Positions 50,511 to 61,876 are shown, counted from the stretch's first letter. The stretch is 64,000 bases of DNA from Ignavibacteriota bacterium (GCA_963776275.1 CAVZMI010000023.1:460063-524062); one strand, 5' to 3'. Numbers and translations are program-made. The notes: generated from the letters alone by a model not told the origin.

Positions 50511-53500
50511 TTAATGTACGGTTTCCTGGATGAATATAACTTTGGGAAATTTTTCGTTCGACTCAATATTGAAGAGATCTAGATCGAGTACTGCCGCGAT
50601 TCGATACTCTTTCTCTACGGCTTTTGAGAGCGCATCGAGCGCTTCATTATCTTTATGGTATATTGCATATGCGCGAGCAAGTGCGTATTGGAATGTCGGG
50701 TTATCGGGATTTGCCTTCGCAACGTGCTGTACTTCAGCAAAACCATCGGCAAATTTTCCCAGGCGCATGGTACTGAGACCCATCATCATACGGGCTTGTG
50801 CATCGTTGGTATTTCTGTCAAGTGCCGTAGATGCATTTTTCTTTGCTTTTTCCAGATACTGATCCCCCTCAAGCCGTCTTCCGATTCCCTGATAGATCCG
50901 ACCCAGACGATAAAGTATAAAATAGTCATCTGGTGATTTCGCAAGGAGGGTAAGGTACGTAGAAATTGCCAGATCGTTCATATCAGCACGATTGAACGCG
51001 TCGGCCATAAGGTACATTGTTGTTTCATAAATGTGATGTGATTGAATGCTGATCGCCCGTTTATAGTCTTGCGTTGCTTCTTTGAACCTCTGCTGAAAAT
51101 GATTATTAAGGGCTGAAGCCAACCAAGCCCGGTACGAATGCGGATTGAGTGTAGTTGCAGAACGGATATGGTCGTCTGCTGTTGAAAAATCATTGAAAAC
51201 GATCGATGCGATTGCCAGCTCCGCGTGAGCATCAGCATTGCTCGATGAAATTTGCAGCGCTTCGATTGCGGAGGTGCGTGCTTCAGAAAATCTTGCTGTC
51301 AGCCTGTAGAATGTCGCACGATCCACAATCCCGATAACCGATTGGGAATTCAGCTCAATCGCTTTTTGAGCTGCAACAAATGCTCGATTTCCGATGTTGT
51401 TATTAGCACTTCCAAGGATTTCGCAACTATCGAGAAGCACATATGCGAGCCATCCATAGGCATCTGCAAAGTGTGTATCACTTGTGATTGATGCTTCGAA
51501 CGCAGTGATTGCACTGCTGATTGAGTTTCCTTCAATGCTGGATATTCCCTGGAAAAATTGCCCGATGGCATCGCGGCGGGAACTCGAGGACACTACAGGA
51601 AGTCCATCGAGCTCGCTGGAGAGTTCAAATGTTTCGGCAACCGCTGTGCGGAGATCCTTTCGAAGTTGTGTAAGTGATTCTAGCCGTCCCACAACTATAA
51701 TATTTGATAGTTGCCGTAATGAATCTGCAATATCTAGAGTGACTTCAACCTGGTTTTTATCAAATTTCACTTTCCCTGAAATCAAGTGAGTTGCATGCAT
51801 CTCCTGGAGATATTGAGAAGGCGATTTGTCCGTTCCATTGGCAGAAATCAATGGATCGCTAACCTGAACATGGGGAATAACCGCGAGGTCGCTTGCTAAA
51901 AGAACTGCAAGTCCTTGTCCGATTCCTTCGTCGGCTCCTTCAACTGTAAAGGATTGAACTGCCACCATATAATTTTTTGGGAAGAGTCGATGTAAAAGTG
52001 GACGTGACACGATTCCCAGAAGAATTACTAGAATGGCGGCCCCAAGGGTTATGCCGAACCATCGGTTGATGACAAAACCGGGTTTTACCTCTTCGCGGAC
52101 TTCGACTGTCGAAGGCTCACTGACAACACCGCCGGTTGTCTCGGAGACTTCCGCTTCGGATGCAACGTGTTCTCCGCCAAGCACTCCGAGCATCTCATTC
52201 GTTTTTCGAAGATTCTCCTGAGCTGCCCGTATTTTCTCTTCCCACTGACGTGCTTGTGGATTTGCCGGATCGATCGCATAGATGTGAACGACTTCATTGA
52301 TTGCATCATCGAATCTGTGTTTCCGATAGAAATCCTGCGCCCTGACGATGAACATTTGAATTTGATTTTCGCGTTCGCGTTTCCGGCGCTTTTCTTCCTC
52401 TTCCGCACGGCGCTGCATTTCCTGCTCTTCGCGTTCGCGGGCCTGCTGTATTTCAATATCCTTGATTTTTACTTCGAAGACCCTCGCCGCCGCATTACCC
52501 GAGTCCAGGATATATATACGCGAAAGTTCATTACGTGCTTTCTCAAGATCTCCTTCACGGAGATAGAGCTCGCCTTTTTCAAGGTACTCGGCGATTTTCT
52601 TCAGATGTGCTTCTCGTTTCTCAAGTTCCTCTTTTCGCCGTCGATCTTCTTCGGCTGCTAACCGCCGTGCTTCTTCTTCTGCTTTCCGACGGGCGTCTTC
52701 GGCCTCCCGGCGGCGACGTTCCTCTTCTTCACGACGCGTCCGAGCCTCGAGACGCAGTCGCGCTTCCTCCTGGGCAATCCGGAGGCGGTTTTCCATCAAA
52801 CGAACATCCTCATTATTCGGATCAAGTTTATATGCCCGTGTGATTTCTTCTGATGCTCTATCGAACTGTTCAACCGTGAGGTAGTCGTTTGCGGCCTGCA
52901 GATAGACCGAAATGGCTTTTCTCAGCGCAGCTTTCCGCTCTTCTTCTTTTCGTTTGAGACGGGTTTCCTCTTCTTTTCGCCGTCGATCTTCTTCCTCACG
53001 GTGCCGACGAAGTTCTTCTTCGGCTTTGCGCTGCTCTTCTAATTGACGTTTCCGTCTTTCAAGGTGCCTGTGTATTCCTTCGAGCCTCTTCCTCCCGTCG
53101 ACGACGTTCTTCTTCCTGACGCCGCCGTTCTTCCTCTTCCATTTGTCGTGCATGGCGCAGTTCTTCCGGTGCGGGAAGCGTTTCTGGAATCGTATCCAGC
53201 ATAACCTGATAAACTTCTATAGGCTCCTGAATATTCTTCAACTGCCGTTTTCCAAGATAGAGAACATCAAGAAGCATTTTATTCCGGAGCTGCTGAAATA
53301 CATCGCTCGATATACTGATTCGACCAGCGTCACTTGTCGCTTCGATACGGGCTGCAATATTGACCGCATCACCAAAAATATCGTTACCCTTGATCACTAC
53401 ATCACCCATGTGAATGCCGATCCGTACAAACACACGTTCCAATTCGGTAGCCTGGCTGCGATTATATTCCCAAAGTTTTTCCTGCGCTTCTACCGCACAT

Positions 53501-55122
53501 CGAACTGCATTTACGGCGCTAGAGAAATCCACCATGTAGGCATCACCAATGGATTTGATGACCTTCCCACTGTATTTTGAAAATAGTGATTCCATGATCG
53601 AATTATGCATCTGCAACACGCGCATTGCAATCGTTTCATTCTCCCCCATCTTCTTTGAGAAGCCCCTAATGTCGGTAAAGACAATACTGGAAAGCTTCCT
53701 CTCTTCAGTCTCTCCTTCAGCAATTGGCGGGACGATGAATTCTTCCACCATCGGTAAATGTGGAAGTTGACGTACAGGCGGTGGAATGTTGACTACCGGT
53801 TGCTGTGATACCGGTTGTTGAGAAACCGGCAGCTGTGAAACCGGCGGCTTAAGCGGTGATTGAGGCAAAGGTTTCTCAACTTTATCTGGTGGTATTTCCG
53901 GTTCGATGGTTGCCTCAATAAACGCTGCTTTTCGTGCTTCCTCCTCTGCACGCCTGAGAATTTCATCTGTCAACAAATCACGCGACTGAGCTTTTGTGGG
54001 CTCGGGTTTTTTCTGTTCATCACGGGATTGTTCGGGCTTCAGTGGCTCTGATGCAGGTAAATCCGGTTTTTGGGGTTTGGGTTTTTCCAGTTCAGGCTTC
54101 GGCAATTCGGATTTCGTTAATTCAGGTTTGGGTAATTCGGACTTTTGTAATATCGTTTTAGACGGCTCTGGCTTTAGCTGTTCTAATGTCTTCATTGGAG
54201 ATTTCGGCGGAAGCTGTTCTATCTGCTTCTGAATAATTGTTACAAGATTACTTATCGCTTCGGTCGCCTGTTTCTCCCTTGCCTCACCCATGAACCCCAG
54301 TGTCGACATGAGCCGTTTGATTTCAACCAATAGATCGCTTGCATGAGGATATCGCCATGCAGGGTTCTTGGACAATAATCGTTTTATAATTAATCCAACG
54401 TCCTGAGGAACACTCGATACAATATTTGAGATAGCCGGTGGTTCTGTATACATGATAGCATAAATTAGCTCATCCATGTTCCTACCGGAAAACGGAAGCT
54501 TACCTGTTACCAGCTGGAATAGAATCACACCGAGCGAATAAAGATCACTTCGTCCGTCAACGGTCTCCTTTTTTAAGAGTTCTGGAGATTGAAAGACGAG
54601 CGAGAGAAGATGCTCCTCATCGTTGATTAGCGATGCAAAATCTTTCATTCGAATCGTGGGAAGATCGAGTAACTTAATTTTCCCATCCGGAGTGAGAATG
54701 ATATGATCGGTCCGAAGTGAGCCAATAGTGACTTCCTTAAGATGTAGAAGGTCAAAGACTTCAAGGATTTTCTCCACGATAATAAATGCAAGTCGTAACT
54801 GGGGAATCTGGAACTCAAGCAGGTCCCTGAGACTTATCCCTTCGATAAAATCTGTGACGTAAAAAAATTCACCGTTGATTTCACTGTTCTCAATAACATT
54901 ACACGAGGACGGATGCTGAAATGACTGTGAGGTGTTCATGTCATCGACGAATCTTTTCCATTCTGCCTTTCTCATCACAAAGCCAGCTAAAAAATCCCGT
55001 GGGGGGAATTTCAGCGCAACAAGACGATTGGTTTTATTATCCATCGCCTTGATGACACGGCCAAACGGACCTTCATCAAATTCTTTGATGACTGTATAAT
55101 GTAGGATTACTGTTCCCGCCAT
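50511..55122 (-). CDS. Pseudokinase - class III adenylate cyclase - E/R helix/TPR - TM - TolB-N-like/TPR receptor (~1540 aa), apparent +1 frameshift at ~53065
   Basis: Kinase fold (VALK, SPE, SDLYSLGVILFQL.TGKLPF), cyclase (FTDIRGFS, KSIGDA, DIFGDAVNIAARIE). The E/R-rich helix continues across the frameshift, followed by a TM (WFGITLGAAILVILLGIV) and TPRs. Confidence 0.8.
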
Positions 55123-55223
55123 ACTCCAGAACTCTTTTTTCTGAAGAAAGATAAATCATGAAATCGTTATAACGTATGTTATATATCACAGAAATTCAAG
55201 AGAAATTTGAAATCCGCCCTATT

Positions 55224-58200
55224 TTATTCCCAAATACATGATCCATTCCGCGAAAAAGAACATTCAAGACAATGCGTCAGATTCTTTGAAAATCTATCCC
55301 CCCGTAGATTTCCTATTATCCTTCCCATCTCTTCCTCGAATCGGTCTATTTCGAACTTTCGGATTAGCACCGTAGCCGCAGCACCCGGTAGATCTGTAAA
55401 ATAGAGCGTTACGGGAATATCGATTTGACTTGTATACCGACTCACAAGCCATGCATAAACCATTATTTGATAACGATATGCCTGGATTTTCGAAGCTGGT
55501 GATATACTATTCATGCTGTCAGTCTTGTAATCGATTACTTCCCATATTCCATTGATCTGCACAAGCCTATCGATCGTGCCTGTAATAAAATCATTTCCAA
55601 GTTTTCCGTCAAGACGATACTCAGTAAATATCTGATCGGCGCTCAATACCCGCCGGCCAGCATCAGATGAACAGAAAGAGGTGATTTCCCGTTCCGCTCT
55701 CCCGACCGTGTCCAGTATGTTTCTGTTACCGCTCAATCCCTGCTCCGCAACGACCTCCTCAATGAACAAAGAGAGATGTGTCATTGACTCCTGTGAGAGT
55801 ACTTTCTGCAACACCCGATGAATAAGCGTTCCATAAGTCGTAGCAGAAAGCGGCTCAGTATCTTCTTCATCTTCATCACTATAGTGATAGGATTCCCGAC
55901 GAATCTCTGCCATCCCAAGATGATAAAGAAGATGATATTTGAGCGGACAATCATGATACGTTTTTATTTGAGTTGCCGAAAAATATTCACCTTCCTCACC
56001 TGAGGGAATAGACTGAACATTAGCAAGCGGAAATTCTCCGAAGAGTGTTTGCCCGCGTGATAGAGATATGTCGACAGGAAATTCATCCGGGCGACAGAAC
56101 CATTCGACCGTCAGCGGGAATTTATTCTCAATACTTTCATACACTCCATCATGAAGAATCAATCTCTGCAACGTAACTTCTTTTGTCGTGCGACCTCGTT
56201 CCTCCGGGTTGTCAATCCCCAATCCTTCCTGTACCCATGTCGACGCGGCCATCGGACGAGAACGTTGAGAAGTGGTTCCGGAAAGTATAAGAAGATCACG
56301 CGCGCGGGTGCATGCGACATAGAATATTCGCTGCTCTTCCGCTTCGGTCTTCCGGCGGCTCCTCTGGCGGAGTATCTCGGTCAGCGGTACAGGAAATTCC
56401 TTATCGAAATCTGCCGGCTGAACGACCGTATATCCGATGTATCCTTTCATATCAATAAAAGGTTCGCTGTCATAGTGAAAATCCTTCTGGAGATATGGCA
56501 CTATGACGGCACCAAATTCCAATCCCTTTGCCGCATGAATCGTCATGACATGAATAGCATTCTCTGTCTCGTCAATCGAAGCCTGTCCTTCCTGTTCCTC
56601 TTCTTCGATCAATACCCGAAGCCGCTCGACAAAATCATACTGATTACTAAATCCTCGCGCTTCAAATGATCGGGCAATCTGGAGAAGTTTTTTCACGTTC
56701 GCTGTATGCTGGGCTGAACGATGCGATGCAGCTGCCACTCCGTTATACCCCGTCCTAAGAATTACCTCGAGGATACAATCCGAAAGTGATTGCCTACCGG
56801 CTCGGAGAAGATCGCTGCGAAGGATATCGACAGCCCGTATCAGATGTCGATCTGCATCGGGATGACGGGCCGTCCAAGCACATGCCTTCGACCAAAAATC
56901 AGTACCCTCTTCTACAAGACTGACTCGGTACAGCGATGCATCAGAACATGCAAAAAAGGGAGAGCGGAGAATACCGGCCAGAGCAGTATCATCATGAGGA
57001 TTCAGAAAAAACTGAAAGTAATTAAAGAAATCATATAACTCCTGGGTCTGATAGAATCCTCCACCACTGTAAATGACATAGGGAACGTGATAATGCAACA
57101 ATGCCTGTTCGAGCCGATGAAGATTGGTACGACTTCGAAGCAGGATGGCTATATCTCCGAATTTGATGGGACGAGGTTCTTCACTGCGTTTATCAATAAT
57201 CGTGTACTCATCACGATGCAGAGATAGAATACGACGGGCAATCATTTCTTCTTCGATACCATAGAGCGAAGTTTCCGCCTTCGTTTCCTCTGGATTTTTT
57301 ATCCTGTTCGACGGAAGCAGTAACTCAACCTTTCCTGGAGCTGATGTTGTTCTGGCAACAATGAGTGGAGTGTACGGAACACTAAATTTATTCCTGGCCT
57401 GATCCATACATTTGGTAAAGATCATATTGACAAATGCCGCTATCGACGGCAGAAGTCGAAAACTCTCGGCAAGCGTTACATTGCCTGCGCGTTCGAGCGG
57501 TGTCGATTGAAGGATAGTACCATGCCAGAAGAATGGTTCGGGCCGGTGTGCATGTGCGGCGATATCATCAATCGTGTGCATGAAAATCTCTACTTCGGCA
57601 TTACGAAATCCATAAATTGATTGCTTCGGATCTCCTACGACAAAGAGATTCCCACACGCGAATGTTTCGACAAGGGAAAGCAGGATTTCATACTGAAGAC
57701 GATTTGTATCCTGAAATTCATCAACCATAATGTAGGTATATGTCTTCGATAGCTTTTGACGGATTTCGGATTTAGACAACAATGCCTTGACGTATATCTG
57801 AAGATCTTCAAAATCAAGCTGTGCGTTTTCAGCTTTGCGGCGGTTGTATGTGGTCAGGATTTCCTGAAATACCGAAAGGAATGTCCGGCTGCTTGCAAGT
57901 AAAAGTCTGTGGGCATCATCCCTGCCAGCCATCCCCTCGATCAACGGCCTGACGGCTGAAGCTGCCGATTGAATTGCGGCAAGAGAGTGATGACATTGCT
58001 CTTCTATGTTTTTTACATCAAAAATACCCGACCGGAGATGATAATCATTACGAAGAAACAGCCGCCATAATAAACTAAATGAATCAAGCCGGGTGTTCAC
58101 GGAGTTCGCAGAAAGAAATGCGTCGAGAGCGCTCTGAATTTCCCTTTTTTTCTTTTGCTGGATTCTATTGGTCAGTTCATGAAACGCCTCGTTGAGAGAT

Positions 58201-58886
58201 TGTGCAAGAAGGATTTCATCGACATAGTGATCAACTACAGTATTCCACTCTGCAAGAATCTCATCGTCAGGTCTCGAATATTCCCGTATAAAATGTTCGG
58301 CAATTTCCCGTTTTGAAAGAAGATGATGGATGATATTGACGACAGCGTTGCGTCCCAGCATCCGGACAACATGAAGCAATTCCTTGCGGTGGGGGTGTTC
58401 AGGCGTTCCGAGAATTGCTTGAAATACCTCGTTTGCCGCTTCACCAATCAGCGATTGCTGATCCACCACTTCAAGGATCGTAAACGAAGCATCAATCCCT
58501 CCACCCGTTCCGATAAGGTCAGGACGGGATGTCGGAACATCAACGGGGTATTCACGGAGCAGACGTGCACAGAAGGAATGAATGGTCCCGATGATTGCAG
58601 AGGATAACTGCTCACGAAGGATTTCAAGCCGGTACCGTTCATGCAGATCTTCGGCTTCCTCATATCTTCGATGGATTGTCTCGGCTATGCGCTGCCGGAG
58701 CTCGCCGGCAGCTTTTTCAGTAAATGTGAGTGCAACAACTTCGTGAGCGGTCGCATGGCCATACTGGATGATATCGACATACCGTTCGACAAGAACGGTG
58801 GTCTTTCCCGACCCCGCATTGGCAATAACAGAGAGATGACGATTGACATCGTGAGCTTTTTTTTGATTCTCGGTCAGATACGACAT
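55224..58886 (-). CDS. AddA/UvrD-like SF1 helicase with a C-terminal PD-(D/E)xK nuclease
   Basis: ANAGSGKT, TFTEKAA, TIHSF, VDEFQDT, VGDPKQSIYGFR, MTIHAAKGLEF, YVACTRA, GTIDRL..IDYKT. Confidence 0.92.
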   Translation of the reverse strand: MSYLTENQKKAHDVNRHLSVIANAGSGKTTVLVERYVDIIQYGHATAHEVVALTFTEKAAGELRQRIAETIHRRYEEAEDLHERYRLEILREQLSSAIIGTIHSFCARLLREYPVDVPTSRPDLIGTGGGIDASFTILEVVDQQSLIGEAANEVFQAILGTPEHPHRKELLHVVRMLGRNAVVNIIHHLLSKREIAEHFIREYSRPDDEILAEWNTVVDHYVDEILLAQSLNEAFHELTNRIQQKKKREIQSALDAFLSANSVNTRLDSFSLLWRLFLRNDYHLRSGIFDVKNIEEQCHHSLAAIQSAASAVRPLIEGMAGRDDAHRLLLASSRTFLSVFQEILTTYNRRKAENAQLDFEDLQIYVKALLSKSEIRQKLSKTYTYIMVDEFQDTNRLQYEILLSLVETFACGNLFVVGDPKQSIYGFRNAEVEIFMHTIDDIAAHAHRPEPFFWHGTILQSTPLERAGNVTLAESFRLLPSIAAFVNMIFTKCMDQARNKFSVPYTPLIVARTTSAPGKVELLLPSNRIKNPEETKAETSLYGIEEEMIARRILSLHRDEYTIIDKRSEEPRPIKFGDIAILLRSRTNLHRLEQALLHYHVPYVIYSGGGFYQTQELYDFFNYFQFFLNPHDDTALAGILRSPFFACSDASLYRVSLVEEGTDFWSKACAWTARHPDADRHLIRAVDILRSDLLRAGRQSLSDCILEVILRTGYNGVAAASHRSAQHTANVKKLLQIARSFEARGFSNQYDFVERLRVLIEEEEQEGQASIDETENAIHVMTIHAAKGLEFGAVIVPYLQKDFHYDSEPFIDMKGYIGYTVVQPADFDKEFPVPLTEILRQRSRRKTEAEEQRIFYVACTRARDLLILSGTTSQRSRPMAASTWVQEGLGIDNPEERGRTTKEVTLQRLILHDGVYESIENKFPLTVEWFCRPDEFPVDISLSRGQTLFGEFPLANVQSIPSGEEGEYFSATQIKTYHDCPLKYHLLYHLGMAEIRRESYHYSDEDEEDTEPLSATTYGTLIHRVLQKVLSQESMTHLSLFIEEVVAEQGLSGNRNILDTVGRAEREITSFCSSDAGRRVLSADQIFTEYRLDGKLGNDFITGTIDRLVQINGIWEVIDYKTDSMNSISPASKIQAYRYQIMVYAWLVSRYTSQIDIPVTLYFTDLPGAAATVLIRKFEIDRFEEEMGRIIGNLRGDRFSKNLTHCLECSFSRNGSCIWE

Positions 58887-58897
58887 TGGATTTGTTC

Positions 58898-60334
58898 TTA
58901 TCCTTTAATGACGCCGAGAGGAACCAGCTTTGCAACCTTACGGGAAATTCCCGCTTCATGAACAACACGCACGACTTCACTCACATCTTTGTAGGCATCG
59001 GGATTCTCTTCGGTCAGTCCGCTTTTCGACGCGCCCTTCACACGGATGCCTTTGGATTCTAAATTTTTCACCAACTCATCAGCGGTGATTTCTTTTTTTG
59101 CCGCAGTTCTGCTTTTCGCGCGTCCGGCTCCATGACAGGTCGACCCGAATGTCTCTTTCATCGCTCCTTCTGTTCCCACGAGCACATATGAACATGTCCC
59201 CATACTTCCGGGAATCAGCACCGGTTGTCCTACATCCTGATATTCTTGTGGAAGATCGGGATGGTGCGGTGGAAACGCACGGGTTGCTCCTTTCCGGTGA
59301 ATAAGCAGCTGCCGGCGAACACCATCGACATCATATTCCTCTCGCTTGGCAATGTTATGCGCAACATCGTACACCACACGCAATGATCCGGGTCCAATCA
59401 CCTTTGCAAATGCTTCACGGGTCCAGTGTGTAATCATCTGCCGGTTACAGAACGCAAAGTTCGCAGCAGCAGCCATTGCACTAAGATACTGCTCTCCCTC
59501 TTTAGAGCGAATCGGAACACACGCCAGCTGACGGTCGACAACAGTTATGTTAAATTTCTTCATCCCACTCTGCATGATCTCGAGATAGTCGGTGCACACC
59601 TGGTGTCCTAATCCCCGCGACCCGGTGTGGATTAATACTACGACTTGATCTATGTGCAAACCCAACACACGGGCAATCTCGGTATCAAAAATTTCATCGA
59701 CTCTCTGGATCTCCAAAAAATGATTACCCGAGCCGAGCGTTCCAAGTTGACCCTTACCCCGTTCCTTTGCACGGTCACTTACGTAATCAGGATTTACACC
59801 GGCAATTTTTCCGCGTTCTTCAATATGTTCGACATCTTCATGGTTCCCATAGCCATTCGCGACCGCCCATTGAGCACCATCGCATAGCACGGTATTCAAT
59901 TCTTGCTTCACGACTTTCGCCACACCGGTCTTTCCGGTACCACATGGAATATCATGAAAGAGCTGCGTGAGGAGCTGATCCATTCGAGGCACAATGTCCT
60001 TTACCAAATATTGTGTCGTAAGCAACCGTACACCGCAATTAATATCGAAACCGACACCGCCGGCCGAGACAACTCCATGTTCCAGATCAGCCGCGGCGAC
60101 ACCGCCGATGGCAAAGCCATATCCCTGGTGTGCGTCGGGCATGGCGAGAGATTTTCCGACGAGACCCGGGAGCGTCGCTACATTCGCGATCTGTTCAATC
60201 GTAAGATCATGTTCGATCTGTCCAATGAGTGCTTCGCTTGCAAAGATCAATCCGTCGATCTTCATCCCCTGTCGAGACGATTTGGGAATGAGATACCTGT
60301 AGTCATCGATTTTCTTTATGTTTATTGTGCTCAT
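58898..60334 (-). CDS. rtcB: RNA ligase RtcB (archaeal/eukaryal-type)
   Basis: MPDAHQGYGF, GFDINCG, LGSGNHF, HTGSRG, HN, HRKGATRA, PGSMG, HGAGR. Confidence 0.96.
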   Translation of the reverse strand: MSTINIKKIDDYRYLIPKSSRQGMKIDGLIFASEALIGQIEHDLTIEQIANVATLPGLVGKSLAMPDAHQGYGFAIGGVAAADLEHGVVSAGGVGFDINCGVRLLTTQYLVKDIVPRMDQLLTQLFHDIPCGTGKTGVAKVVKQELNTVLCDGAQWAVANGYGNHEDVEHIEERGKIAGVNPDYVSDRAKERGKGQLGTLGSGNHFLEIQRVDEIFDTEIARVLGLHIDQVVVLIHTGSRGLGHQVCTDYLEIMQSGMKKFNITVVDRQLACVPIRSKEGEQYLSAMAAAANFAFCNRQMITHWTREAFAKVIGPGSLRVVYDVAHNIAKREEYDVDGVRRQLLIHRKGATRAFPPHHPDLPQEYQDVGQPVLIPGSMGTCSYVLVGTEGAMKETFGSTCHGAGRAKSRTAAKKEITADELVKNLESKGIRVKGASKSGLTEENPDAYKDVSEVVRVVHEAGISRKVAKLVPLGVIKG

Positions 60335-60747
60335 ATATCAACAAATACCCTTATTGTCCATCGTCCGTTACGCTCACCAACAAATAATTGATGAAATGTC
60401 ACGGCTTTAATATCCATTCGTGTGGTATGCCGGTCCTGCAAGAAGAGTTCACCGTGGATAGTTGCTTTCAATGTATGACTAACTAGCGAATGAATTTCGA
60501 TTTTTGAGCAGACGAAGTGTTCAGCATCGAAAAGGTAGACGAGCTCGTTCAGCCACTTCACAAGAAGAGCTTCGTCGTCATCAGCCTCGATTTCGATTCT
60601 TTGCAATATTTGAGTGCGGACTGTCTCCGGATCGACTATAATTGAGATGAGCCCCTCAGCAGCCGACACAAAAGCCTCGCCCAGCGTCGAGCCGGTCGCT
60701 TCAATACCGATATCCGCAGGATGCTCGAGCAGTTTAAAAGAGACCAT
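60331..60747 (-). CDS. Archease
   Basis: EHPADIG, LV.WLNEL, IKAVTFH, FVDI C-terminus. ATGA overlap with rtcB. Confidence 0.93.
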   Translation of the reverse strand: MVSFKLLEHPADIGIEATGSTLGEAFVSAAEGLISIIVDPETVRTQILQRIEIEADDDEALLVKWLNELVYLFDAEHFVCSKIEIHSLVSHTLKATIHGELFLQDRHTTRMDIKAVTFHQLFVGERNGRWTIRVFVDI

Positions 60748-60751
60748 AGAG

Positions 60752-60925
60752 ATTGACGATTTTTGATTTTGGATTTCCGATTTTAAATAACGTTCACCAT
60801 ATTCTCGCAGCGTTCATGCAAATTATTATTCGATATTCAAAAATAAAGTCCACAGAATGCAATTCATTTTATCTGTGGACACATTGCAGTACATTCGGAA
60901 ATCGGCAATCGGAAATCAACAATGC
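60752..60925. repeat. Inverted pair of heptamer arrays (TTTxGAT)n / (ATCxxAA)n
   Basis: GATTTTTGATTTTGGATTTCCGATTT ... ATTCGGAAATCGGCAATCGGAAATCAACAAT. Confidence 0.6.
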
Positions 60926-60962
60926 ACGAGTGTTCTAATAAAGTTTGCTTAAGGATTTTCTT

Positions 60963-61876
60963 CTACTCCACTTCTTTTCCCGTCAATTTCCTGATAGCTT
61001 CTCGGTAAAGCTCCGATGTTTTTTCAATCACCTCATCGGGCATAATCCGGACCGGGCGGTCGTTTGTTGAAATTGATGGAAAGAAGATAATCCCGTACAA
61101 ATTGCTTATCGTAACTGGCCTGCGCCCGTCCCGGTTGATATGCATTTTTCGGCCAAAACCGCGACGAATCGGGCGTCACTAACCTCGTCGATGAGGATCA
61201 GACCCCCGTCCGGTTCAAGTCCGAATTCAAATTTCGTATCGGCAATAATAATGCCGCGTGCTTCGGCTATTTCACACCCGCGTTGATAAATTGCAATGGC
61301 AGCGGTCCGCACCCTTTCTGCAACATTCTTCCCCAGGATTTTTATTGCATCCGCAAACGATATATTCTGGTCATGGACACCGACATCTTCTTTCGTCGAC
61401 GGTGTAAAGATCGGTTCGGGTAAGCGCGAGGATTCGACAAGTCCGGCCGGAAGCGGAATACCGCAGACCGACTGTGTTGTCTTATAATCGATCCACCCTG
61501 AACCGGAAAGATACCCGCGCACGACACATTCGATCATAAGCGGATTAGATTTTTTCACAAGCATTGTCCGACCGCGAAGGATATCACTGTACGGGGCACA
61601 TTCCTTGGGGAACCTGTCGACATCAACCGAAACAAGATGATTCGGAATGATATCTTTTGTTTGATCGAACCAGAACCCCGAAATCTGCGTCAGTACTTTC
61701 CCCTTATACGGTATCCCCTGCGGCATAACGACATCAAAAGCAGAGAGCCTATCGGTCGCGACGATGAGTAAATATTCGCCTGCTTCATATATATCGCGGA
61801 CTTTGCCGCGTTTAATAAATTTCAGCTTTGGAAAATTTGTCTCGATGACAACCTGCGGCGTCTGCTTTACACCCAT
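60963..61876 (-). CDS. purC: SAICAR synthetase, apparent frameshifts at ~61180 and ~61048
   Basis: [41 protein letters not shown]. Alternative frames give [19 protein letters not shown] and MPDEVIEKT. Confidence 0.92.

Noticed and set aside
310-61184. Programmed frameshifting or mass pseudogenisation
   Set aside because: No slippery sequences, housekeeping purC is affected, and the breaks coincide with GGWCC, which favours sequencing error.
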